A stretch of 64,000 bases of DNA from a virus, in the IMG/VR virus record IMGVR_UViG_3300026097_000008, positions 64,001 to 128,000 of that record; one strand, 5' to 3'. Position 1 is the first letter of the stretch. Every line of letters begins with the position of its first letter. Both the position numbers and the translations under genes were made by a program. A model generated the notes under the pieces. It did no database searches. It saw nothing but the letters and a program-made list of their open reading frames with translations, and was not told the DNA's origin. Below, piece by piece: positions 47,285 to 55,265 of this stretch.

Positions 47285-49039
47285 TTATATCGTTTGATCA
47301 GTTGTTGCGCCAGTCGGTGCTGGTTCTTGTCCTGTGACAGTATCAGGTGGAGTTGCTTCAGGTCCTGTTTCTGCTTCTCCTTCAATAGGAGCTAAGTCTT
47401 CTGCTCCATCTAAGTCTGCACTAATACCTGCACTACTAATGCCTGCGGAGCGCATTTCACCTGCTGCATCAGTTGATGGTTGATCTAGTGTTTCGTCATT
47501 TTCTTCACGCCATAGACGTTCATTTTCTGCAACTTCTTCGTCGCTTAGTCCAAGGAATCTTTTAAGCGCAAATCTATTAGACATGTAAGGTATAGCACTC
47601 ATTTGTGTAAATGTCGGAACGCGACTGTTGTCTAGTTCTGCTTGACGATAGCTTGCAAAATTCTGTGGCGGCATAAACTTGAGGTCAAACATGTTAGTAT
47701 CAATGTTTACACCTTTTTCTAATAAGAAACGTTTAAATTCTTGATTAAACTGTTCTACTACTAGGCCTTGTAGACGTTCGCAATAAGTGTTAAAACGTAG
47801 CTCTTGAATATAAGCTGTGCCTACTCTACCGTCGTTATAGCTAGTTGCTCCGTCATCAGCGCCGGTAGGCAAATATGAACTCGGGATTCGTAAGCCGCGT
47901 ACAAGCTTATTAGTAAAGTATCTAAGATCATCAATTTCTCCTAGGTTAGTTCCGCCCGGTAGTGTTTCAACTTTTGATCCACGACCTTCAGCAGTTTGTG
48001 GGAAGAAGTAGTCTTCGTTGATTGACAGCGGATTGTAAGAACTGTCTATGACATTTGTGCCTCCGCCTGTCTGCGATGGGATACGTCTTTGATGTATTTC
48101 CGTCTTGACACGTTCAACAAATTGCATCGCCAAGTGACTTGGCATATTGCCCACATCAACATAGAATACTCTTCTTTCTGGAGCTCTCTGCACACGATAG
48201 ATAATAATCGCGTCTTCAAGCAATTCTTTTTGTTTGTAAACTTTAAAAATAGTTTCTAATAAACTATTTCCAAACGGAAAATTGTTGTCTAATCCTTCGC
48301 TTAAACTGAGATGCATAACATGCTCCGCAGCAATAGCAATTTCGCCTTCTTCAATAGTAAATCTATTTCCATTTTGTACAGGGGAGTTCCCTACCATACC
48401 TTGTGCACCGCCAGTAAAATATCCTTGGCCACCTGGTACATTTGGAGATTGAATATTACCATTTGTAATATGCGGACTAGTTGCTACTAGATCTTTAAAA
48501 TTAAGATTAATATCTTTTATTACATATTGCTCAGGAGTTTTTCCTTCGCTTTCGTTTACAATTATACGTGTGACTTTTGCTGGGTCTACGTAAAATAATT
48601 TTTTAGTTTCAGGATCTCTAAGAAAAAATTGATCGCCATACTTAAATGTATTACGAAAAACACGAAACATACGTGTGTCAAATTGTTGCAGTTTTACCCA
48701 TTGCTTAAGGTATTGTCCTAAAATTTGTACTTCTGTGTTTGTTGCACTTTTATTAAACTCAAAATCAAAATTTGTATTATTTCTTTTGTTTTTTTGTGTA
48801 CAAAATTCAGCAAGGATATCAAGTGCTGCATTAACTTCTGAATCTTGATCCATTGTGTTATACTGCCCGTAGCGTTCAACACGATTAGGCGAACCTACAT
48901 ACACGTCTGGAAGATAACTAGAATAGTTTGATCGTGCAGGACCAGCTTGTGTTCCGTTTCTCGATCCGTTTATAGGTGAGTAATTGCCGCTAGGGTTGTC
49001 ACCTGTAGGTACTGGTGTGAAGTACTTTTTCCAGCTCAT
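47285..49039 (-). CDS. gp20: Portal protein, T4 gp20 family
   Basis: EDAIIIYRVQRAPERRVFYVDVGNMP, EDYFFP, GRGSKVETLPGG.NLGEIDD..YF..KL...LRIP.S. Confidence 0.95.
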   Translation of the reverse strand: MSWKKYFTPVPTGDNPSGNYSPINGSRNGTQAGPARSNYSSYLPDVYVGSPNRVERYGQYNTMDQDSEVNAALDILAEFCTQKNKRNNTNFDFEFNKSATNTEVQILGQYLKQWVKLQQFDTRMFRVFRNTFKYGDQFFLRDPETKKLFYVDPAKVTRIIVNESEGKTPEQYVIKDINLNFKDLVATSPHITNGNIQSPNVPGGQGYFTGGAQGMVGNSPVQNGNRFTIEEGEIAIAAEHVMHLSLSEGLDNNFPFGNSLLETIFKVYKQKELLEDAIIIYRVQRAPERRVFYVDVGNMPSHLAMQFVERVKTEIHQRRIPSQTGGGTNVIDSSYNPLSINEDYFFPQTAEGRGSKVETLPGGTNLGEIDDLRYFTNKLVRGLRIPSSYLPTGADDGATSYNDGRVGTAYIQELRFNTYCERLQGLVVEQFNQEFKRFLLEKGVNIDTNMFDLKFMPPQNFASYRQAELDNSRVPTFTQMSAIPYMSNRFALKRFLGLSDEEVAENERLWREENDETLDQPSTDAAGEMRSAGISSAGISADLDGAEDLAPIEGEAETGPEATPPDTVTGQEPAPTGATTDQTI

Positions 49040-51345
49040 CTAGCTCTTACCCCTTGTAATAGATTACCGCTTGCACCTCTTAGTGCATCTACAGTTTTGT
49101 TGCCTGTTCTTGACATATTGTTATTTATTGAAACTAATTGTAACATACTTTGGTTAAGAGTGTCAAGTAATTGCTCCATGCGCTGGGTGCTTATAGCAGG
49201 ATCATCATTTATTGCGCTTTTCAATTCTTCAATTGTGTTAGTAAGATCGTTGCTAGTATTATTTTCGGGCATATTTTCTAGTCTAGATCGTAAGTTGTTG
49301 GCCATTTGCATCATAGAGCTTTGCATAGATACAGATTCACTTCTCATAGAAGGCATAATAGATCCCATTGCTTGTTGCATAGATGCTGATTCACTTTGCA
49401 TAGCTGTTTGCATTTTAGGTATATTATTTTCTATCACCTGTTGCATAGATGCTGATTCACTTTGCATAGCTGTTTGCATTTTAGGTATATTATTTTCTAT
49501 AACCTGTTGCATAGATGCTATTTCTTCTTGCATATTAGGAAGAATTACGCCATTTGCACCTGGAACAAATGTTTCTGGACCTTCTTCGCCTACAAGGTAA
49601 GATCTACCTGTGTTGACTGGACCGCCTAGAGCTCTTGCTCCGTCTCGTTGCACTCTAGCTTTGTCTAATGCACTTGCAACTTGATCAGAATTAAAACCTA
49701 AACCATTTAAAATATCAGGTAAATTTACAATTTCTGTACGCAAGGCATTAGTAGTAATTAAAGGTTTAAATAAACTTGTAAATGGACTTAGTTCAGCAAT
49801 TTCTGGATCTACTTCTCCAGGCGTTACTCCTTCGACTATACCTTTACCTATTTCGCCTGCGCCTATAGCTATTGAACTTATCGCCTTCAGCCCTTCGGCA
49901 GCAGAGTTCTGTAATTCAGTATTAGCACTTAGATTTCTTCCAATTTCTTGATTGATGCCGGCAGCACTATCAGCTAGTGCAACGGTTGCTATGTTTATTT
50001 CTCTAGATATTGCTTGCCCTTCTGCTTCTCCTCCTCTTTGAGCACCAACTCGATCTCTTGCTTCGGCTTGGAATCTTCTAGCAGCTTCGGCTTCGGTGAC
50101 GTCTCCAAACCCGCCTGTATATTTTTGTCCAGATGCTTCTGCTCTTTCGCGAGCCATTTGCGCTCGCATTTGTTCTATGCCTAGTCTAGTATTTTCAGTT
50201 TGTGCAAGATTGTCGGCTACAGTTTGTCCTACACCACTTACTTGACCTAAAGAAGCTGCCGCAGTATTAGTTGCACTTACATATTCAGATGCAGAAACTT
50301 GCACAGCTCTGTCAGCTTGTTCTCTAAGTCTTATTCGCTTGGTTTCTGCATCTTCTTCGCTTTTTAACACAGCTGCCATTTGCCTAATTTGTTCAGCTAC
50401 TTGAGGATTCATTGCAGCAAAATTCTTAGTAAGGTCACTCATAGGAGCACCAGATTGTATCATGTCTTGAAAAAATGCTTGAGCCTGCTGACCAGCAGGA
50501 GCTAGACCTGCAAATGCTTCGTCAAATCCTCCCTGGATTCCTTCAAGGCCTTGAGCTTCTAAGCGTCTCAGTGCAGCTATATTTCTACCATCACGTTGTG
50601 CGTCTACAAGGCTTTGGCGTTGCTGGTCTGCACTTTCGCCTGTAATTTCTGCCATATAAGCAAGATTTTCAGCCATATTTAGAGTAGCTTGAGCAACTTG
50701 ATCTGGCCCCATTCCTTCAAGCATTTGTTGACGTCTTAGAAGGTTTGCATTATCTAGCAAGAACTCGTTTGCTTGTTCTATAGTATATCCTAGGTTCATC
50801 ATTCCTCGGATAACTTGACCGTCTTCGAACATTGCACGAGATAATTCTGCAAATCTTTTAGCGCCGTTGTTTACACCTGTGCCTAACCCTGCCAAGGAAT
50901 CACTATTTTTACCAACTAGATCTGCAAATGCTTCTAAAGGCATTCTTGTATTAGCAGCAGCAGATCTTAATGCACCTAGGTCTCCATTAAACCCTGCACC
51001 TACTTTAGACAAAGCTTGAAAGGTAGCGTTTGTGTTGTCTAAGTATCCAACTACGCCTTGCACAGAATCGCCAAACAATCCAAGGATACCGCCTATAGCA
51101 GGCACTTCTTTTGCTAATCTATTAACATTTCCTGTAAAATCGCTTACAGATCCGCCTGCACGACTAACAAATCCTGTAAGGTCGCCAAAAGCACCTTCTA
51201 ATTCTTTTGTCTTTTGTCCAAATTTTAAAGAAGATTTGTCAGAGGACGCCCTAGGCTGGGATAGGGTTGATCCTTGCTGCCTTAATGATTTTGCAAGGGC
51301 TTCTATGCTTTCGGGAGATAGATTTACTTCTTCTGTTGCTGACAT
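49036..51345 (-). CDS. Tape-measure-like protein
   Basis: Long Ala/Gln/Gly-rich helical protein with the RALGGPV...YLVGEEGPETFVP...G.I motif of tape measure proteins; divergent from the gp26-like gene. Confidence 0.65.
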   Translation of the reverse strand: MSATEEVNLSPESIEALAKSLRQQGSTLSQPRASSDKSSLKFGQKTKELEGAFGDLTGFVSRAGGSVSDFTGNVNRLAKEVPAIGGILGLFGDSVQGVVGYLDNTNATFQALSKVGAGFNGDLGALRSAAANTRMPLEAFADLVGKNSDSLAGLGTGVNNGAKRFAELSRAMFEDGQVIRGMMNLGYTIEQANEFLLDNANLLRRQQMLEGMGPDQVAQATLNMAENLAYMAEITGESADQQRQSLVDAQRDGRNIAALRRLEAQGLEGIQGGFDEAFAGLAPAGQQAQAFFQDMIQSGAPMSDLTKNFAAMNPQVAEQIRQMAAVLKSEEDAETKRIRLREQADRAVQVSASEYVSATNTAAASLGQVSGVGQTVADNLAQTENTRLGIEQMRAQMARERAEASGQKYTGGFGDVTEAEAARRFQAEARDRVGAQRGGEAEGQAISREINIATVALADSAAGINQEIGRNLSANTELQNSAAEGLKAISSIAIGAGEIGKGIVEGVTPGEVDPEIAELSPFTSLFKPLITTNALRTEIVNLPDILNGLGFNSDQVASALDKARVQRDGARALGGPVNTGRSYLVGEEGPETFVPGANGVILPNMQEEIASMQQVIENNIPKMQTAMQSESASMQQVIENNIPKMQTAMQSESASMQQAMGSIMPSMRSESVSMQSSMMQMANNLRSRLENMPENNTSNDLTNTIEELKSAINDDPAISTQRMEQLLDTLNQSMLQLVSINNNMSRTGNKTVDALRGASGNLLQGVRAR
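49375..49519. repeat. 66-bp in-frame tandem repeat (2 copies plus a partial copy)
   Basis: 49375-49440 and 49441-49506 differ at one base and encode ASMQQVIENNIPKMQTAMQSES twice. Confidence 0.9.
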
Positions 51346-51381
51346 TTGTATTCCAAATTAAAATATACGTACTTAATTTAT

Positions 51382-51407
51382 TATAAATACTTGTACAATG
51401 TATTTAG
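51382..51407. promoter_or_regulatory. Face-to-face late promoters in a near-palindrome
   Basis: TATAAATA (+, 51382-51389) and CTAAATA (-, 51407-51401) flank TTGTACAA. Confidence 0.65.
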
Positions 51408-51419
51408 CGAGATTATAAT

Positions 51420-52286
51420 ATGAGTAGTTTTCTTCAAAATTATCAAAGACAACCTAAACTTTTTATAGATTTACCTAGTAAAGGAAAATACTATGATGCG
51501 TCTATTGTAGAAGATGAACAGTATGTGCAAATTCCTGTATTTGGAATGAATGCAATGGACGAAATTATGTTTAAAACTCCTGATGCATTGTTCGGAGGCG
51601 AAGCTACAGCACAAGTTATACAGAGTTGTATTCCTACAATTAAAGAACCGTGGAAGCTAGTAGGCTTTGATATTGATTTTATTTTAATTGCAATAAGAAT
51701 TGCTACCTACGGCGACGATATGGCTGTATCAACACAATGCCCTAAATGTGCAGAAAGAACAGAAAACAACCTAAGTTTAACCAACATGATTCAAACTTAT
51801 GAAACTTTTCCAGTTGATCATAGCTTTTCTATAGACGATCTAACATTTAATCTTAAGCCTTTGACATATAAGCAAATGACAGATTTTAGTATCGAAAACT
51901 ACACTTACGAACGGCAACTTTTACAAATTGCTCAACAAACAGAAATGTCTGATGATGATAAAAATAAAGCAACACAAGACATATACAATAAAATTAACGA
52001 CTTAAATTTGCGTGTTGCTATTTCATATGTTAAATCTATTTCTAACAATACAGAAGCAGAAACTAATATTGAAAATATAACACAATTTATTATTCAAAAT
52101 GACGCTGTTTTTTATAATAATTTAAAAGACAGTGTATTTGAACTAAGCAATCGTTGGCGTGTTCCTAAAATGACTGCACAGTGTGCAAATGAAGAATGTA
52201 ATCATGAGTATGAATCAAAAGTAGAATTGGATTACTCAAATTTTTTCGGACTCAAATTCTTACACTCTCGGAATCTGATCTCTTAA
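51420..52286 (+). CDS. Baseplate hub assembly / tail chaperone protein, gp26-like
   Basis: RQPKLFIDLPSKG, DIDFILIAIRIATYG, CPKC and C.NEEC.H Zn motifs, and terminal NFF, matching the T4-like gp26 pattern. Confidence 0.7.
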   Translation: MSSFLQNYQRQPKLFIDLPSKGKYYDASIVEDEQYVQIPVFGMNAMDEIMFKTPDALFGGEATAQVIQSCIPTIKEPWKLVGFDIDFILIAIRIATYGDDMAVSTQCPKCAERTENNLSLTNMIQTYETFPVDHSFSIDDLTFNLKPLTYKQMTDFSIENYTYERQLLQIAQQTEMSDDDKNKATQDIYNKINDLNLRVAISYVKSISNNTEAETNIENITQFIIQNDAVFYNNLKDSVFELSNRWRVPKMTAQCANEECNHEYESKVELDYSNFFGLKFLHSRNLIS

Positions 52287-52480
52287 GTTTAGTAGACGAT
52301 TACGAAAACGATGTAAAACGTATCAAAGACGAACGTTATAGGTTGGGTTGGTATATGAGAGGTTCAATAACATATCAAAATCTAATGTATAATATTACTA
52401 GAGATGATATTGAAATCTTAAACAATATTATCAAAGATAATATAGAAGCTACAGAAAAAACTAGATTGCCTTTAATTTAA
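52214..52480 (+). CDS. Start-less -1-frame ORF (gp51-like), probable frameshift extension of the gp26-like gene
   Basis: Open from 52214 to TAA at 52478-52480: ...RTQILTLSESDLLSLVDDYENDVKRIKDERYRLGWYMRGSITY...EKTRLPLI. The slippery A_AAT_TTT_TTC at 52238-52247 lies in the overlap. Confidence 0.6.
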   Translation: MKSRIGLLKFFRTQILTLSESDLLSLVDDYENDVKRIKDERYRLGWYMRGSITYQNLMYNITRDDIEILNNIIKDNIEATEKTRLPLI

Positions 52481-52483
52481 TTC

Positions 52484-53782
52484 TTATCCAGGATCTCCTG
52501 AACGCATAATTTCTTTTGCTTCTTCTTTTCCGCGCTTATAAGCAGCTTGCATTTTTGGATTTGATTTAATAAAGTCTTTAATAATTGCTTTTGCTTTGTT
52601 AGGATTTATTGCATTATTCTTGTTTTCTGTATAGGTTATACTATCTCTTACAATATCTCCTGCATCGTCGGCACCGGCTATTCCCCCTAACCAGTCTAGA
52701 CGTTCGCCAAACCATTGTTGAGTTCCGTCAACTGCTAGTGCAGTTCCTAAAATTCTTGCAGGGTTCATTAGAGGTCCAGACATGTTGTTTTCTAACCAAT
52801 CATTAATTCCTAAAGATTCAAATAACTGATACAATGCCATAGTGCCGCCTACTACAAAGGCACCGCCTGCAACAAGTGATAATATAGCACCAACCCCGCC
52901 AGTGCCTATAGAAAATCCTGTAAGCAAGGCGAATGCTGTCCATCCTCCTGCTAGTACAATGCTTATAACAGCTTCAACTATTAATTGATTAAATCTTTCT
53001 ACAGCTTCTAAATATGCTCTACTTACGCCTGGTGTAAGATTACCGTTTTCTAAACCTGTTAAAAATGCTTGGCGTCCTGCTTTATCAACATTATTAGCAT
53101 CGTTTTTTATAGCTCGTAAATAAGCATCCAGTTGATCTTCGAAAGCAGATATATTAATTGCAGAATTTAAAACTACAGCAATTTTTGTACTAAAAAGTGC
53201 CTTAAGTGTTGAAGCTACACGTGATCCTAAAGCGTCTAATATTTTTCCTAATAAACCTTTTGGAGGATCGTCTGGAGTATCAGGAGTATCTGGTTTAGCA
53301 GTAGGCTTTACTTTATCATCTCCAGGACGTACATCTTTACCAGCAGCCGAATTGCGAATACGTTCTGCTTCTGCATCTGCTGCTGCAATCTGTGCTCTAG
53401 TATATGATTGACCATTTACCTTAATTTTTCCGTGTCTAGACAACTTTCTTTGTTGGCTTCTACTAAGACTATCACTTGTAGGTGTGCCAGGTTTAACACC
53501 TGCTTTTAATTCACCAGGATCTTTAGGAGTATCAGTAGGTGTTGCAGGACCAACTTTAGGAGCATCGCCTTTAGGCTGATCTACGATTGGAGTTGGCGCT
53601 TTTGCACCAGGCAACATTTCCTTAGCTCGTATTTCAGCAGCATATCTGTTAGATGCAATAGATGTTTTTCCATCAGGAGCAGTAATTTTTATCTGTCCGT
53701 CATCAAGTGTATCAAAAGAAAATCCTTGAAGTGGTCCTTTTTTTACAATAGTTTTTGCTTCTGTTATTTGATATACCTTCAT
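52484..53782 (-). CDS. Late protein with predicted transmembrane helices (possible ejected internal virion protein)
   Basis: MKVYQITE N-terminus, Pro-rich linker and hydrophobic Gly-rich segments (AVISIVLAGGW..., GVGAILSLVAGGAFVVGG); ATAAATA at 53808-53814. Confidence 0.6.
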   Translation of the reverse strand: MKVYQITEAKTIVKKGPLQGFSFDTLDDGQIKITAPDGKTSIASNRYAAEIRAKEMLPGAKAPTPIVDQPKGDAPKVGPATPTDTPKDPGELKAGVKPGTPTSDSLSRSQQRKLSRHGKIKVNGQSYTRAQIAAADAEAERIRNSAAGKDVRPGDDKVKPTAKPDTPDTPDDPPKGLLGKILDALGSRVASTLKALFSTKIAVVLNSAINISAFEDQLDAYLRAIKNDANNVDKAGRQAFLTGLENGNLTPGVSRAYLEAVERFNQLIVEAVISIVLAGGWTAFALLTGFSIGTGGVGAILSLVAGGAFVVGGTMALYQLFESLGINDWLENNMSGPLMNPARILGTALAVDGTQQWFGERLDWLGGIAGADDAGDIVRDSITYTENKNNAINPNKAKAIIKDFIKSNPKMQAAYKRGKEEAKEIMRSGDPG

Positions 53783-53817
53783 AATCGTCCTTCGATATTG
53801 TTAAGTATATTTATGTC

Positions 53818-54388
53818 TCAACTTCGTTGATCCAAGTTTTCGCTATCGCTCAAACTGTTTACTTCGTAATTAATTATGTGATATATTATTTGAAACGCAT
53901 TATTACGAAGTAATAATGTTTAAGTTTCATGTAGATTGTTTCAGTCAGACGGAACCTGTTACGGTTCCATCTAATCTCAAAAATAGCTTCATGTGAGTTC
54001 GCCACCAGCCGAGACTTGGAAGTAGGTGTTTTCTGCTACACAATGGGCTCTGACCTTTCCCAACCTACGTCGACATCACATAATGCGCATTTATTTGCAC
54101 TTTATCTGTAAAAATACAAGTTAAAGTGCAAATGATTGCACACTATGCTACCTTCCGCTTCGTTCCTGTTGCTAAGAAGTTTTTGTGTGTAATTTGCAGT
54201 TTTTCGAATGACAGCAATTCATCCTATGTCAATACGTTGGGCATATGGTTCGAACCCTCAGACTCACTTCCATTTTTCAGGATACTAGGATCTACCTAGG
54301 GGAGTGTCTCAACATGTTACGTGTGCTCCGATCAAGGATGCTTTTTCCACAGCGGTATTACAATCTGGCCCGCTAACCTTATGTGCTG
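53818..54388 (-). ncRNA. Candidate large structured ncRNA and/or replication-origin region (~570 nt)
   Basis: The longest ORF-free stretch in the window. It has many stems whose imperfections become G-U pairs on the minus strand, and a cluster of C-GAA-G mini-hairpins. Confidence 0.55.
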
Positions 54389-54625
54389 TTATATGCTGCC
54401 TTTTGGTAACCATGTAACAAATTTGCCGTTGCAATCGTTACATATTACTTTGCCTGCGTGTGGGCCTAAATCTAACTTTATAACTTGCCAGTTGTGATTT
54501 TCGTGGATGCCTAACTTGATATCTTTCTTAGGTTTTTTCTTTTTCAATTGATTGCGTTCAATTGCTTCGGCATAGTGATCTATCTTATCGTATTGATTAC
54601 GTTTTTGATGATTTAACTTTGCCAT
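54389..54625 (-). CDS. Small basic Zn-ribbon protein
   Basis: Lys-rich N-half and GPHAGKVICNDCNGKFVTWL (H/CxxC). Confidence 0.6.
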   Translation of the reverse strand: MAKLNHQKRNQYDKIDHYAEAIERNQLKKKKPKKDIKLGIHENHNWQVIKLDLGPHAGKVICNDCNGKFVTWLPKGSI

Positions 54626-55043
54626 GTTCTAAAAGTGCCGTCCTAAGTTTTTCTGACCCGCCTACTCTAACATTAATAATACCATTGTAGTATTCATCTG
54701 TTTCAAGTACACGCCTGTCAAATTGTTCTCTTGCCTCTATGTAGGACATTTCGCCCCTACCTTTACATAGGTATAATATTTCTCTTGTGAAGTTTTCTGG
54801 GCCTAGTGCTGCAACGTCAGCATTGAGTCTATCAGATGATCCCCAATAGTCTTTCCAATCGCTTTCTTTTGTGCCGCGCCTTTTATTTTTCTTGCCTTTG
54901 AGTGGAGGTTTGGTAGTTTTAAATTTTGCAAGTTTTTTGCCTATATATTTTTGCCCAGTAGTTAGATTGGTTATGAGATAAACAAAACCTTCGTATTCGT
55001 CTGGTATTGTTTCTATTACTTTGCCTTGATAAGTCCACTCCAT
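54597..55043 (-). CDS. GIY-YIG (Seg-like) endonuclease
   Basis: GFVYLITN....KYIGKK, YWGSS, F.REIL, conserved E and YYN. A stand-alone catalytic domain with no long DNA-binding tail. Confidence 0.8.
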   Translation of the reverse strand: MEWTYQGKVIETIPDEYEGFVYLITNLTTGQKYIGKKLAKFKTTKPPLKGKKNKRRGTKESDWKDYWGSSDRLNADVAALGPENFTREILYLCKGRGEMSYIEAREQFDRRVLETDEYYNGIINVRVGGSEKLRTALLEHGKVKSSKT

Positions 55044-55067
55044 GCGTGTACTTACCGATTGCCTATG

Positions 55068-55265
55068 TTATTTGCTTTCTATCTTGGTTTGATGCTTTTC
55101 GTGTATTTCTTCCATGCGGGCCTTTGCAAGTTCTCGTATTTTTCTTAACCAACGCCTTGCTTCTCTGTGTGTTCGCACACTATTTCGAGCCTCAAACTTT
55201 TCGTTTGCCTTAAAATAGGCCATGTATGCCTTTGTTAGTTGATCGTGTGTATCGTCTTCAATCAT
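55068..55265 (-). CDS. Small basic helical hypothetical protein
   Basis: 65 aa; TAATG overlap with gp46. Confidence 0.6.
   Translation of the reverse strand: MIEDDTHDQLTKAYMAYFKANEKFEARNSVRTHREARRWLRKIRELAKARMEEIHEKHQTKIESK

Noticed and set aside
49375-49519. CRISPR-like array
   Set aside because: The repeats are contiguous, in frame and lack spacers. No repeat-spacer array or cas gene was seen in the window.
449-51361. Many plus-strand ORFs of 60-264 aa (for example 2887..3381, 33539..34084, 45270..46064)
   Set aside because: They are antisense shadows of long minus-strand genes with biased codon usage, and have no RBS or recognisable motifs.
53818-54388. Group I/II intron or RNase P RNA
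   Set aside because: It does not interrupt a gene and I could not identify P7, domain V or RNase P consensus elements by eye. A GGTTCGAACCC T-loop-like palindrome near 54247-54257 lacks tRNA context. An Infernal search is needed to exclude these formally.
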